64,000 bases of DNA from an uncultured Butyrivibrio sp. (GCA_964549585.1 CAZJWA010000009.1:2834-66833); one strand, 5' to 3'. Counted from the first letter of the stretch, positions 7,362-18,372 are shown. Numbers and translations: made by a program. The notes: generated by a model from the letters alone, not told the origin.

Positions 7362-8948
7362 CTACTGCACAGAAGAAGCTGTTCCTGCTATATCAGAAGC
7401 TACAGTTGTAGACGCATCTGTACCTGCAGACGTACTTGAGGAAGCAGACGCTCCCGCTACAGAAGCTGAAGACTCACTAGAGTTTTCTTCATTGTCTTCC
7501 TTCTTACTCTTCTTTACGTATGCAACTGCCTCATCCTTGGTCATTCCACCGTAAACAATAACTGCCTCATGCTTAGTTACAGCATCGAAGATTTCAGCAG
7601 CCTTTGCAGATGGAAGATTAATACACCCATGCGAACCTGACGTAACATATATCTTTCCGCCAAAGGATGATCTCCATGAAGCATCATGCATACCGATGTT
7701 TCCATTAAAAGGCATCCAGTACTTAACCGGCGAGCTGTAATTTTCACCATTAAGCGTTGCATCTTTTTCTTTATAGGTTATTGAATAGGTTCCATCAGGA
7801 GTTCCGTTTCCAAGTACAGCCTTTCCTGAAACGCAGTCAGACTCTACTACAAGCTTTCCGTCCTGATAAACGTACACATGCTGATTATCAAGATCTATTT
7901 CAACATAGCTTGTTCCATAGTCGTTATCACCATATGAAGCAGCTGTTCCAAAATATACAGGTTCAAGCTCAGTTGTTCCGCCGCTGCTTCCAAGCTTTAG
8001 TGCATCTACAAGATTAGCAGTCGTTGTGTTTCGGTCCATCCACCATCCATAATCTCCGCCCGAAACGCTAATATCTTCTCCAAGCGCAGTATGAAGAGTT
8101 CTGCTCTTTCCAAATGTATCATATTTTCTGGCAAGAGAATTTATGTATTCCTTTACCTCGTCCTCATTAAGTGTAACATTTGTTCCATCTATATCGAGAA
8201 AATCCTGAATTACAGGGCCATTAACGAGCTCAGTGTTATCACCAAAAACATATTCAAATGAACTGGAAGCATACTTATTTAAATTTGTAACAAGAGTATT
8301 CAAGTCCTCATCGTCAGAATAAACCAAAGGCTCCTCATAGGCACTCTCATGATTTTCTTCCTTATCAAGATTTATCTCGTCTCGAAGCTCAAGAATCGCG
8401 TTAGTTATTATATCCTCTGCCTTCGATCTGATTATCTTGTTTCCAGGAACTTCCGGCACAATTTCAAATTTGGCTTCTCCCATCTCATACGTCGCATCAA
8501 CAGGCTCTGTCAAATTATTATTATTCTGGCTTATCATTTCATCTATACAATTAGAAAGTTCATCCTTTGAATAATCAGTTACGAGGTCCGCCTCATAATT
8601 CGTATTTGTAAAAAGAGATAATGGCCACGCAAAAACATTTTCGGACGATAAAAGACCTTCTATCTTGTCCTTAAACTGCGGCTCAATATCTATATCTGCT
8701 CCTGCTATTGTATAGGAAAGATCATCCCTTCCGGAAACCGTCAGCTCATATTTACCAACCTCTGAAGTAAAAATACCATTAGCTTCATCAAGCGAAAACA
8801 AAGATACATCCTCACCGTTTATAAACGTATTAAATTCAAAATGTCCTGTAAAGAAAATTGCAAAGCCAAGATAAACAGCAAGAGGCACCCCTGCTATTAC
8901 GCACGGAATAATGATTTTAATTTTACTGCTAACAGATATTTCTATCAT
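7362..8948 (-). CDS. L,D-transpeptidase family protein (YkuD catalytic domain), N-terminal TM anchor
   Basis: The C-terminal motif is ...MPFNGNIGMHDASWRSSFGG..YVTSGSHGCINLP (catalytic SHGC). It has an N-terminal TM segment and a Ser/Ala-rich tail. The track start is TTG 8960. The ATG at 8948 follows a GAGGGAG RBS. Confidence 0.85.
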   Translation of the reverse strand: MIEISVSSKIKIIIPCVIAGVPLAVYLGFAIFFTGHFEFNTFINGEDVSLFSLDEANGIFTSEVGKYELTVSGRDDLSYTIAGADIDIEPQFKDKIEGLLSSENVFAWPLSLFTNTNYEADLVTDYSKDELSNCIDEMISQNNNNLTEPVDATYEMGEAKFEIVPEVPGNKIIRSKAEDIITNAILELRDEINLDKEENHESAYEEPLVYSDDEDLNTLVTNLNKYASSSFEYVFGDNTELVNGPVIQDFLDIDGTNVTLNEDEVKEYINSLARKYDTFGKSRTLHTALGEDISVSGGDYGWWMDRNTTTANLVDALKLGSSGGTTELEPVYFGTAASYGDNDYGTSYVEIDLDNQHVYVYQDGKLVVESDCVSGKAVLGNGTPDGTYSITYKEKDATLNGENYSSPVKYWMPFNGNIGMHDASWRSSFGGKIYVTSGSHGCINLPSAKAAEIFDAVTKHEAVIVYGGMTKDEAVAYVKKSKKEDNEENSSESSASVAGASASSSTSAGTDASTTVASDIAGTASSVQ

Positions 8949-8995
8949 GATCTCCCTCAAAAAATAAATATTAAATTGTTTTACTTATATATGAA

Positions 8996-10684
8996 TTAGC
9001 CGGCGTACCTGATGTTATCAAAAACATCCTCTTCTGCTTCGCCGTCAATTGTAACAACGTAGTCCTTCTTAACTGTATCTACGCGAACGATTCTGCCATC
9101 ATCCATCTTTAAATCAACAAAGGTGCTGCCATCGGTTCTGTATAGATTCAGTTTCGTGCCCTTTGGAATTTCCTCGTCGTACCAGTCTTCGTTTGTACCA
9201 TCACCTGCTGTGTCGCACACCTTAAATGACTTATCCTTAAGAAGCTCAACGTACATGCCATCATACCAGTTAATTATTGCAGCTTTATCATCCGTAACAG
9301 GATATCCATTCGTATCTATATGGTAATTCATATCTCCAAAGTAAGTTCCAAGAATGTCGTATCTTGTAGCAAGCTTCATATTCTCAGGATCAATAAGACA
9401 ATAGTCTGAAGGGCATAAACTAATCTGCCCCGGCTCATTAGAAGCATTTGAAATATCACCGGCATCAAGATTATATACATACATAGCAGAATAATCACTT
9501 TCTTCATGTGTTACCAGATATAAGAAGTTTCTACCATTATCAAATGCATAATAATATTCCATATTATAACTATAGAAAGTATCAGTTCTACTATTATCTC
9601 CAATTGTCAGCGTAAATTCAGTCTCATATGGGCCGCCTTCATCTTCATCCTTTATGGTAGATGAAATGCTAAACGGTGAAACCTTCGTGCCATTTTCTCC
9701 TGTCGTTTCATACACTTCACCATCATAGACCAGTGGCGTAACATAATCATCGGCAGCTTTCATATATTTTTCTTTAACAAGGCTTGGATATTCGTCAAAA
9801 TAAAGAGTCACATACTGTATTCCGGATGCTGAACTAGCTATCGTAATTGGCGAAAAAGCTATTGTAAGACTATTATTTCCAAGTACAAATGATAATCCTC
9901 TTGTCTTTGTTCCTTCAAGGCTTTCTCCTGTAACATAATCCGTATCATCTGAAGGCGTAGTACCTTCTGCCATCATATCCTTTATTGTCTCCTCAAGATT
10001 ATCTACAATAAATGAATCCTTATCGTATTTTTCCAAAAGAAGCTTTTGAAGCAGCTCTGGAAGCACACTTGTATCATTTACAACATCAGACAAAAGAAGC
10101 TCTTTGCCAGTAGCAGTATCATACGTATTAGTTACAACCTCGTAGGACGGATGATTCCAATTTGCATAAGTTTCAATAACGCTATAGAGACTTACAGCAT
10201 TTTCATCTGCTCGCATCACATTTGTATCATAATAAGCATAATATCCGTTACCATCTGACATTAATTGATAGCCATTATCAATACAGTCCTGCAGCTCCTG
10301 TGCAACATAATCACCGCTTGCACTTGAAGTGTCCTTCATTTTACTGTTTAGTTCTTCTATTGAAGAAGAAAGCTCCGGATACTTTTCCTTATCCTCTTCT
10401 CCAAGTGATAGCTCATCATATCTTTCGTAAACAGAACATGTATCATCCTTTGTCGAAATGCTATCATACTTAGGCATGTTAATTACACTTAGATGATTAA
10501 TTCCTTCTTCGGCATTTAAATCATCTGTAGAATCTATACTAGTTGATAAACCGCTTTGGCTACTATCACTGCCGGAAGCTTCCTCGGAAGCAGCTCCCGA
10601 AGATATTTTTGTAGTTTCACCGCATCCTGCAAGAACTGACGCAATAAGAGCACATATTGAAATCATTGCAATACTTTTTTTCAT
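8996..10684 (-). CDS. lipoprotein with DUF3298/RsiV-ectodomain-like region
   Basis: It has a lipobox (LAGCG). The internal segment NWNHPSYEVVTNTYDTATGKELLLSDVV resembles the DUF3298 core (GGAHG...fD..tGk.l.L.dlf). Confidence 0.55.
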   Translation of the reverse strand: MKKSIAMISICALIASVLAGCGETTKISSGAASEEASGSDSSQSGLSTSIDSTDDLNAEEGINHLSVINMPKYDSISTKDDTCSVYERYDELSLGEEDKEKYPELSSSIEELNSKMKDTSSASGDYVAQELQDCIDNGYQLMSDGNGYYAYYDTNVMRADENAVSLYSVIETYANWNHPSYEVVTNTYDTATGKELLLSDVVNDTSVLPELLQKLLLEKYDKDSFIVDNLEETIKDMMAEGTTPSDDTDYVTGESLEGTKTRGLSFVLGNNSLTIAFSPITIASSASGIQYVTLYFDEYPSLVKEKYMKAADDYVTPLVYDGEVYETTGENGTKVSPFSISSTIKDEDEGGPYETEFTLTIGDNSRTDTFYSYNMEYYYAFDNGRNFLYLVTHEESDYSAMYVYNLDAGDISNASNEPGQISLCPSDYCLIDPENMKLATRYDILGTYFGDMNYHIDTNGYPVTDDKAAIINWYDGMYVELLKDKSFKVCDTAGDGTNEDWYDEEIPKGTKLNLYRTDGSTFVDLKMDDGRIVRVDTVKKDYVVTIDGEAEEDVFDNIRYAG

Positions 10685-10969
10685 AACAAACCTCCATTCT
10701 TCTTACAAATACAATCTGTCAATGCCAGAATGCACCTGCTTACACAATCTCTTTTATCTATATAGAGACAAAAAATATATTATAAATCATTATATCAAAT
10801 TTTAGAAGAGTTTCTTCACTTTCATCACAACTATTTATTAAAGAAATCTTAGTATTTTCTTAATGCCCATATTAAGGAAAAAAAGGTAGATTTTTCTACC
10901 ACAATAAAGCTATAATAGGAGTTGGTGTTTTTTTACAGACACTTAATTTTGATAAGAATGGAGATATAG

Positions 10970-12103
10970 ATGAAAAAGAAAAGATTACTTAGCACTGCTC
11001 TTATTGCTGTTCTTTTATTATCAGCAGTAGGCTGCGGCAAGTCCTCAGAAGAGGAATACTCAAATATCGTTGAACCGATATCAACTGAAGATGCATCAAA
11101 TGCAGCATCATCTGATTCTGCTGCCGAAGCTTCAACAGAAGAATCTGCAGAAATTCCTGAAGGAATGTACTTAAGCGAACTTACAGGCGAGCCTATTTCA
11201 AATGACATTAAAGACCAGCGTCCTATCGCTGCCATGGTTGATAATGAAAAGACTGCTCTTCCTCACTTTGGCCTTAATGATGCTGATATCGTATATGAAA
11301 TGATGAACAGTACGGCAAATGATCGTATTACCCGTCTTATGTGCGTATTTAAGGATTGGGAGAAAATTGAACAGGTCGGAAGTATCAGAAGTACAAGACC
11401 TACAAATATTCTTCTTGCATCCGAATATGACGCAGTACTTTGTCATGATGGCGGTCCTTTCTACAATGATCAGTATTTCTCAAAGGATTGGTCTTGCCAC
11501 TTCTCAGGCATTTTCTCACGTGTTAACAATGGAAAATCGAGAGAGTTTACGGAGTACATTATGACAGGCGACCTTGATGACGCCTTCTCAAATTCAAGCT
11601 ATTCAACTACTTATAATGAATATGCCCCTGAAGGATGCTCAGAGTCACACTTTAACTTTACTGATTATGGTTCAACAGTTGATCTTAGTAAGACTTATGA
11701 TTCAACAATAACCGCCAAGGAAATTGATCTTCCATTTAAGCATAACAGCTCAAAGCTTGTTTATAACGAAGATACACAGACCTATGATTATTACGAATAT
11801 GGCAGTATCCATGCCGACGGATCAACAGGAGATCCTCTTACATTCGATAATGTAATCATTCAGGACTGCACATTCTCACAGCTTGATTCAAACGGTTACC
11901 TTATCTACAACTGTATCGATTCTGCACAGCCAGGCTACTACATCACAAAGGGTCTTGGCAAGGATATTGGATGGACAAAGGCCGGCGAAACAGATATTAC
12001 AAAGTACTATGATTCCGAAGGAAACGAAATCAAAATTAACACAGGAAAGACTTACATATGCCTTGTTCCAAGCGATTCTTGGGATAGTCTTGTAATTGAC
12101 TAA
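10970..12103 (+). CDS. DUF3048-family lipoprotein (YerB-like)
   Basis: It has a lipobox (SAVGCGK). The segment RPIAAMVDNEKTALPHFGLNDADIVYEM...ITRLMCVF matches the DUF3048 N-terminal signature as I remember it. Confidence 0.65.
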   Translation: MKKKRLLSTALIAVLLLSAVGCGKSSEEEYSNIVEPISTEDASNAASSDSAAEASTEESAEIPEGMYLSELTGEPISNDIKDQRPIAAMVDNEKTALPHFGLNDADIVYEMMNSTANDRITRLMCVFKDWEKIEQVGSIRSTRPTNILLASEYDAVLCHDGGPFYNDQYFSKDWSCHFSGIFSRVNNGKSREFTEYIMTGDLDDAFSNSSYSTTYNEYAPEGCSESHFNFTDYGSTVDLSKTYDSTITAKEIDLPFKHNSSKLVYNEDTQTYDYYEYGSIHADGSTGDPLTFDNVIIQDCTFSQLDSNGYLIYNCIDSAQPGYYITKGLGKDIGWTKAGETDITKYYDSEGNEIKINTGKTYICLVPSDSWDSLVID

Positions 12104-12106
12104 AGT

Positions 12107-12140
12107 AGGCTTTCTTAACATAATTCACACAGCTGCGTAA
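12107..12140. repeat. copy of a dispersed intergenic repeat (tail module)
   Basis: aggctttcttaacataattcacacagctgcgtaa matches the reverse complement of 53526-53559 at 32/34 positions. Confidence 0.8.
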
Positions 12141-12183
12141 ATGGTTTCTAGAATAAAGATGCAAGCCCAGCGCGGTATTTTCA

Positions 12184-12223
12184 AAAAGAGCTTCTGACTT
12201 TTAAACAGGTCAGAAGCTTTTTT
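12184..12223. terminator. bidirectional intrinsic terminator
   Basis: A5 GAGCTTCTGAC, a loop, GTCAGAAGCT, then T6. It lies between convergent genes. Confidence 0.8.
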
Positions 12224-12262
12224 GAATGTCTGTATTCAAATGTTTGAAATGGCTCCAAAGAT

Positions 12263-13618
12263 TCACGCATCCATTTTCTTAATGATCTTTGGAAACTTTA
12301 TTATAAAGATTGTCATACAGCATATCGCTGCAACAGCATCTGCTACTGCTTCTGCTGTATATACTCCCATCACTCCCATAAAGATTGGAAGAATAAAAGC
12401 AAGTGGAATCAAGAGAAACACTTTACGAAGAAGCGCAATAAAGAGTGAAATCTTTGCTTCTCCAAGTGCCACAAATGTGTTCTGACACGCTCTCTGAAGT
12501 CCAAATATTGTAATTCCCGCCATAAATACAGGAAGCGTCTTTGAAACCGTTTCGATAAGAACAGGGTCCTTGGTAAATACTAGTGCGACAACTCGCGGGA
12601 AAAGAATCATCAGCATTGATAAAACAAAGTTAAATGAAAACATTCCTATAAATAGTACCTTATAAGCCTCTTTTACTCTTGCCGCATTATTCTTTCCATA
12701 GTTGTAGCTAATAATCGGTGAAACTCCCTGACCAAAGCCATTAAGCGGTACACTTACAACCATCATTGCACTTTGAAGGACGGTCATTGTACTGACATAA
12801 ATATCTCCATAAGGAGCCAGATTTCCGTTTAGTACGAAACCTATAAGGCTCTCTGTGCTTCCCATAATAAAGGGTGAAATACCCAGCCCAAGAATTGGCA
12901 TTATTATCTCTTTTTTCGGACGGAGAGATTTAAGAGAAAGCTTTAAAGATGCCTTGTCTGAAAGCAGAAACTTCAAAATCCATACTGCACCGGCCGCCTG
13001 AGAAATTACTGTTGCAAGTGCCGCGCCAACTACTCCCATTCCAAAGCCAAAAATAAACAAAGGATCTAGAGCAATATTAAGTACTGCGCCAATAAGAACA
13101 GATATCATTGCAATATCCGAACGCCCCTGGGAAGTGATAAAGACATTTAATCCATTTGCAATCATTACAAACACTGTTCCTATAAGATACACTGAAAGAT
13201 AAGAAACAGCATATGGCATTGTGGTTTCTGATGCACCTATAAGTCCAAGTATAGGCTTCATGAATGCATAAATTGGAATCATTGTTATTACTGTAAAAAA
13301 GATTAAGAGAAAAAATGAATTACCAAGTATCTTCTGTGCCTTTTCACGGTTATTTTGTCCAAGAGCAATTGCGCAAAGAGGTGCTCCTCCTCCGCCTGCA
13401 AACTGGGCAAATGCAGATATCAAAATTATAACTGAACTCGTAACTCCAATTCCTGCAAGCGCATTAGTTCCACTACCGGGAATATGCCCAATGTATATTC
13501 TGTCAACGATACTATATAAAAGATTTACCAGCTGTGCCACTACAGCAGGAATAGACATTTTTAGTACAAGCGGCACCATTTTTTCAGTGCCAAGTCTTTT
13601 TTCATAATCTCCGGTCAT
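12263..13618 (-). CDS. MATE family efflux transporter
   Basis: The 451-aa polytopic ORF has the N-terminus ...LVLKMSIPAVVAQLVNLLYSIVDRIYIGH, typical of MATE/NorM-type proteins. Confidence 0.85.
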   Translation of the reverse strand: MTGDYEKRLGTEKMVPLVLKMSIPAVVAQLVNLLYSIVDRIYIGHIPGSGTNALAGIGVTSSVIILISAFAQFAGGGGAPLCAIALGQNNREKAQKILGNSFFLLIFFTVITMIPIYAFMKPILGLIGASETTMPYAVSYLSVYLIGTVFVMIANGLNVFITSQGRSDIAMISVLIGAVLNIALDPLFIFGFGMGVVGAALATVISQAAGAVWILKFLLSDKASLKLSLKSLRPKKEIIMPILGLGISPFIMGSTESLIGFVLNGNLAPYGDIYVSTMTVLQSAMMVVSVPLNGFGQGVSPIISYNYGKNNAARVKEAYKVLFIGMFSFNFVLSMLMILFPRVVALVFTKDPVLIETVSKTLPVFMAGITIFGLQRACQNTFVALGEAKISLFIALLRKVFLLIPLAFILPIFMGVMGVYTAEAVADAVAAICCMTIFIIKFPKIIKKMDA

Positions 13619-13637
13619 TTTTATTCTGATTCTCTTT

Positions 13638-15323
13638 TCAAATTAAATTAGTTTTTCTTTTCATATTAACTTTGCATTCATACATTTTCCGATCTGCATC
13701 CCTGCTAAGCTGATCAGCGCTCATCTTGGTGCCGCTCTCCTTATGTGATATGCCATAAGCAACTGTAAGCTCATATGGTTTATTCGACGACCCATTGTAT
13801 TTTCCCAGATTCTCGCAAAGTTTATCAAGAGCTTTAGTAATATTCTCCTGAGATGTATTTCTGAAAACTACTATAAACTCGTCACCACCGATTCTTCCGA
13901 TAAAGCCCTTATCTCCTATAGACTTCTCCAAAATACCTGCAAAGGTTTTCAGTGCCTCATCACCAACTGAGTGACCGTAATTATCGTTAATCTTTTTAAA
14001 ATCATTTAGGTCAAGAAATGCTACCGAAATATCGTCGTCAATATCATCAAATGACATAAGCTTTTCCTGACAGCTCACTCTATTATTAAGTCCTGTCAGC
14101 TGATCAGTGTATGCCATTTTATATAGAACTTCATCCTCTACATTCTTGTGACACGTTGCAATAAGCTTCTTATAATAGCTGTTAAGAAGAACAATAACAA
14201 GAACAACCGCAGCAAGTGGAATAACACTATAATTAAGGAAAAAGCTATCAAACAAATTCTTAGAAATCAGGTATCTGATAATATCAAATCCGGTAACTGA
14301 AAACGTAATAACCATTCCAACAATAAGCGAAATTGTCTCTTCATCTCTAATCATAAAAGATTGACGAATCATTATTATTATCGCAACGACCATGTTGATT
14401 CCTACAAGCGCATGAAAATAATTCAGGAAACAGTGCAAATCAAGGAATCCGATAAAGCTGCAGATAAGACTCATAAGAAGTAACACTGTATGCCATGCTG
14501 AAGCCATATAAAGGAATTTACTACTCTTACAACTGGTGATATCCCCAAGGAATATAAAGATAAAAATCGGTGCCATAAATATTGCTACATATTCAATAGC
14601 GCCTTTTATTGCAAAGCTTGTTATCCAAAATAGTGCAAGACCATAGTAGCAACCAATCCATATAGCAGATGATGCACAAATTCCTGCTATGCAGAGCAGC
14701 ATTCTTGTTTCTTTATGAAAGTTCTTTTGAAAAAAGGTAATAAAGATAAGAACAATTGATAGAAAGAAAAGAGCTGAGCAAAGCATGCATTCAAATGATC
14801 TCTCACGAACGAAATTTCGCATAAGCTCTGTTGCCGACTGAGTATATACGCTTCCTAAATGTGAAAATGCACCCTCTTCAGCAACAACAAATTTCACTCT
14901 GATTACATCGCCAACCTTAGGAGCTTTTAGCGTAATAAAGTTTTGTCCGCCTCCAAGCATCACTCCATTTGCATAATCACCCGCGCAGTTCGAATAGATA
15001 AGTCTTCCGTTCTGATAAACATATACAACAGAGTACTTTGACGTAACCTGAATCGCCTGATTATCGACAAAGTCTCCATTACCAATCTTTCTGTAGAATT
15101 CAACAACATCTCCCTCACCCACAGTAGGAAAATATGTGTCAGGCAAATTTATATCAGATGCAATAGTTTCACCATTTATTTTTATCGTCCAAGAATCGCT
15201 AATATCAACATTAGAATTATCTGAAACAGCAATTGCTTCATGCGCATATTCCCACAAAAGAATACTAAGCACAGCTACGACCAGTCCCAGTATTAACTTT
15301 TTGATTATCTTCCCACTACTCAT
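13638..15323 (-). CDS. membrane sensor diguanylate cyclase (extracytoplasmic domain + 7TM + GGDEF)
   Basis: The C-terminal GGDEF domain has an intact RIGGDEFIVVF motif. It is preceded by about 7 TM helices and an N-terminal extracellular domain (7TMR-DISM-like layout). Confidence 0.85.
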   Translation of the reverse strand: MSSGKIIKKLILGLVVAVLSILLWEYAHEAIAVSDNSNVDISDSWTIKINGETIASDINLPDTYFPTVGEGDVVEFYRKIGNGDFVDNQAIQVTSKYSVVYVYQNGRLIYSNCAGDYANGVMLGGGQNFITLKAPKVGDVIRVKFVVAEEGAFSHLGSVYTQSATELMRNFVRERSFECMLCSALFFLSIVLIFITFFQKNFHKETRMLLCIAGICASSAIWIGCYYGLALFWITSFAIKGAIEYVAIFMAPIFIFIFLGDITSCKSSKFLYMASAWHTVLLLMSLICSFIGFLDLHCFLNYFHALVGINMVVAIIIMIRQSFMIRDEETISLIVGMVITFSVTGFDIIRYLISKNLFDSFFLNYSVIPLAAVVLVIVLLNSYYKKLIATCHKNVEDEVLYKMAYTDQLTGLNNRVSCQEKLMSFDDIDDDISVAFLDLNDFKKINDNYGHSVGDEALKTFAGILEKSIGDKGFIGRIGGDEFIVVFRNTSQENITKALDKLCENLGKYNGSSNKPYELTVAYGISHKESGTKMSADQLSRDADRKMYECKVNMKRKTNLI

Positions 15324-15476
15324 AAGATACCCCGATTCATTTGCTGAAAAACCAGATATACTTTACTCTGATAAATCAATTTTAATCATCGTAAGGTTTC
15401 ATCACAATATGGAAAACCATATTCCATATCAAAAAGCAATATGAAACTATATGGTCGCAGAATATTTCCCAAAATG

Positions 15477-17474
15477 TCACTTTGCCATCATCACCGGAAT
15501 CTTTACATCAAACTCAGAATATGGAATTAGCAGATCAGTAGGACCATTTGCATAAGCAGATACTTCGTAAATTCCAAATTCAATAGTAATCCCCTCATTA
15601 GTAATATAGAAGGTATAATCAGAAGGCTCCATTGCAGCCACAGTATCCTTTGCTTCCGGGAAAAATGTATCAGGATTCTTGTCGCAAAGATCATCAAAAT
15701 ACTTTTCAACAATAGCCTTTATTTCATCATCACTGTTTCCAACAACATCAGAAAGAGTAAGTCTCTCACCTGTTGCAAGATCAAAGAGGAAATATTCATT
15801 GGCATATGTACCGTGTGCTGCTCCGCCGTTCATCTGATAAGTATTCATTTCAAAACAAATATAATTTGAATCAGAATATGAAAGCCCTGTTAGAGCAGAT
15901 GAAACATTATTGGTCACATCTCCTGAATCAGGATCAAATGTATATGTTGAATAATCAAGTGTTTCAGGAACATCCTCATAAGATACGCCATTTGCAGCAT
16001 CGCCAAGATAGTCAGAAAGTGAACCGGTCTTAATTGATTTCCAGTTTGCTTTCATATAATCGTTAATCTTGGTTCCAGCTTCTGTCTCAGTACCAAGCTG
16101 CGGAATCTGTCCCTGGAAAATAAAGGTGTTATTAACTTCACCATAATCTCCCTCGTCAGATTTATACGAATATGAGCACTGATCATAGTTTATTGTAACT
16201 CCGGCTTCACTATAACCAGGATCATATACGCTTCCTCCAAATACAAATTCACCCTCTGTATCAGAAGACGGTCTTACACAGTTTCTTACAATATAGCTCT
16301 CGCTTCTTGTGTAGAAAAGTCCATAACTATTTGCGCAGAAAAAGCCAATCGGTGAAGTCGTTCCATCGCATCCCATTTCAGCATCGAAATTAAACACTTC
16401 ATTTGAATGCTTTCCGTCAAAAGAGATATAGTTTACCGCATAGTTTTCACTGGTTTTTTCGTCTTTTGTTACTCCAACATATGCTCCGTTTTGATCGATT
16501 GTAAGAAAAGACCCGGAAGCATCCTTATCAATTATTTTAGTTTCCTTACCTGATTCGAAACCAAGATAATAATATTCAATGCAATAATTATTTCCGCTTT
16601 CAACATATTCACTGCAAACAGCACCGCTATCTGTAAGTGCGCAAACAGACTGTGAGAAATCGTTCTTAATCAGCGTTACCTTTCCGTCCTTATCTACAGA
16701 CGAAAAATTCCCATCATCATCCTGATAAAATACCTTCCCATATTCATCCATAGTCCAGCCGGCATTATAATACTGGCTGCTAGAAGAACTAGAATAAGAT
16801 GTAGTAGATACTATATGCGTATTATCCGGAATAAGCGCAGTATAATTCTTATCCGCATCATCCAAAGTACATTCAGATAATTTACCTCCATCATATGAAT
16901 AAACCTTTGACTCTGAGTATCCATCCAGATAAATATATCCATTCTCAGAAACAGTAATCTGCTCAAAGCCAGGATCAATCTCTCCAAGGCTTTCGCTATC
17001 ACCGGTTTCAATATCAATTCTAATTATCTCTTCTGTTATTTCTGTATCGCCTTCTGTCGCCAAAATTGCAAATATTCCAAGCTTTGAAGGACAAAATGAT
17101 ACTATTCTTTCTCCCTTTGCTGCCCCAAATACCGATGTTTCATCATATATATTGTCTATGCTATATGAATTTAAGTATGATACGTCATTTGAATACGATG
17201 ATGCATCATTAATATATATCCTATCTCCATACTCTTTAACTATATTATTTGGAAGGTTCACACCATACTCACTCTTTGAAAGCGCAAGTGCTTCTTCCTT
17301 CTTATTAGTTTCTATGCTTCCTGCTGCGTCGCTACTGCTTTCACTAACGCTGCCACTTTCACCTTCCTGTGAATTATCAGTATTTCCACAAGCAGACATA
17401 GACATACACAAAGAAGCTGTCAATACAACCGCTCCTGTTTTTTTTATCATTTCTTTTAAGTAATAATTTTTCAT
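15477..17474 (-). CDS. lipoprotein with C-terminal DUF3298 domain
   Basis: It has a lipobox (SMSACGN). The C-terminal segment MNGGAAHGTYANEYFLFDLATGERLTLSDVV is a good DUF3298 core. Confidence 0.65.
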   Translation of the reverse strand: MKNYYLKEMIKKTGAVVLTASLCMSMSACGNTDNSQEGESGSVSESSSDAAGSIETNKKEEALALSKSEYGVNLPNNIVKEYGDRIYINDASSYSNDVSYLNSYSIDNIYDETSVFGAAKGERIVSFCPSKLGIFAILATEGDTEITEEIIRIDIETGDSESLGEIDPGFEQITVSENGYIYLDGYSESKVYSYDGGKLSECTLDDADKNYTALIPDNTHIVSTTSYSSSSSSQYYNAGWTMDEYGKVFYQDDDGNFSSVDKDGKVTLIKNDFSQSVCALTDSGAVCSEYVESGNNYCIEYYYLGFESGKETKIIDKDASGSFLTIDQNGAYVGVTKDEKTSENYAVNYISFDGKHSNEVFNFDAEMGCDGTTSPIGFFCANSYGLFYTRSESYIVRNCVRPSSDTEGEFVFGGSVYDPGYSEAGVTINYDQCSYSYKSDEGDYGEVNNTFIFQGQIPQLGTETEAGTKINDYMKANWKSIKTGSLSDYLGDAANGVSYEDVPETLDYSTYTFDPDSGDVTNNVSSALTGLSYSDSNYICFEMNTYQMNGGAAHGTYANEYFLFDLATGERLTLSDVVGNSDDEIKAIVEKYFDDLCDKNPDTFFPEAKDTVAAMEPSDYTFYITNEGITIEFGIYEVSAYANGPTDLLIPYSEFDVKIPVMMAK

Positions 17475-17517
17475 AAAAACCTCCTTTAATCTTTACATTT
17501 TTTGTGAATAAGCTTTA

Positions 17518-18372
17518 TTACCGCTCACCATTTGAATCTGTCTTTTCTTCAAGCCTTTCAAATTTCTTTTTTTCTTCGTCACTTGCCTTGTTTACTGTCA
17601 TGGAATCAGTAAATACACGGTACTTACCCTTTATCTTAATGGATAGATAACCCACAAAAGAGAACGTGATCGCTCCGATAAAATTCACGATCAAATCCTT
17701 CATTGTATCAATGAGACCAATATCAAGATACCCATTTATTCCCAGATCCTGACCATTTACTACAGTACTCGTAATCCCGGCAATTCTGACAGGCTTTTGA
17801 AGTCCGTCAGGATTAAGGGCAATGCTTGAAATAGTATGAACAATTGTATCCTTTTGCATATCAAGTCCAAGTGTCATATCAAAAAAGAATTCAATAAACT
17901 CCCAAATTACTCCAATAGTCATGGAAAAAGAAAATGCAACAATCGCAACAAAAAATGGTGAGAGCTTTACAGTAATCTTATCATCATCATTTAAGATGGT
18001 CGCCAGTGAAAAGCCTACTGATGCCGCAAGAAAACCATTTATAGTATGAAGCATTGTATCCCAAAAAGGAATCTTTGTATAAAAGCTGTCTATCTCTCCT
18101 AAAATCTCAGCTGCAAATATAAAAATCAGGACTGAAACCTGCAGCGGGATTGGAATAGAAATAGCCCATTTTACCTGAATAAGTCCCGGCAAAAGAAGGA
18201 GTATCATTGTAAGAATACATAGCGCAAAGTTTTCGTAGTCTCCTCTAATAAACTGCCTTACCATACTAAAAACAACCAAGGCATTTAGTATCATAAAGAT
18301 CAAAAATACCTTCTTGTTCTCCTTTGTCTTTGCAATTGATTCCAAAATGCCATTCCTAAGTTTTCTTATCAT
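17518..18372 (-). CDS. polytopic membrane protein of unknown function
   Basis: The 284-aa ORF has multiple hydrophobic helices and a charged C-terminal tail. I cannot assign a family with confidence. Confidence 0.6.
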   Translation of the reverse strand: MIRKLRNGILESIAKTKENKKVFLIFMILNALVVFSMVRQFIRGDYENFALCILTMILLLLPGLIQVKWAISIPIPLQVSVLIFIFAAEILGEIDSFYTKIPFWDTMLHTINGFLAASVGFSLATILNDDDKITVKLSPFFVAIVAFSFSMTIGVIWEFIEFFFDMTLGLDMQKDTIVHTISSIALNPDGLQKPVRIAGITSTVVNGQDLGINGYLDIGLIDTMKDLIVNFIGAITFSFVGYLSIKIKGKYRVFTDSMTVNKASDEEKKKFERLEEKTDSNGER

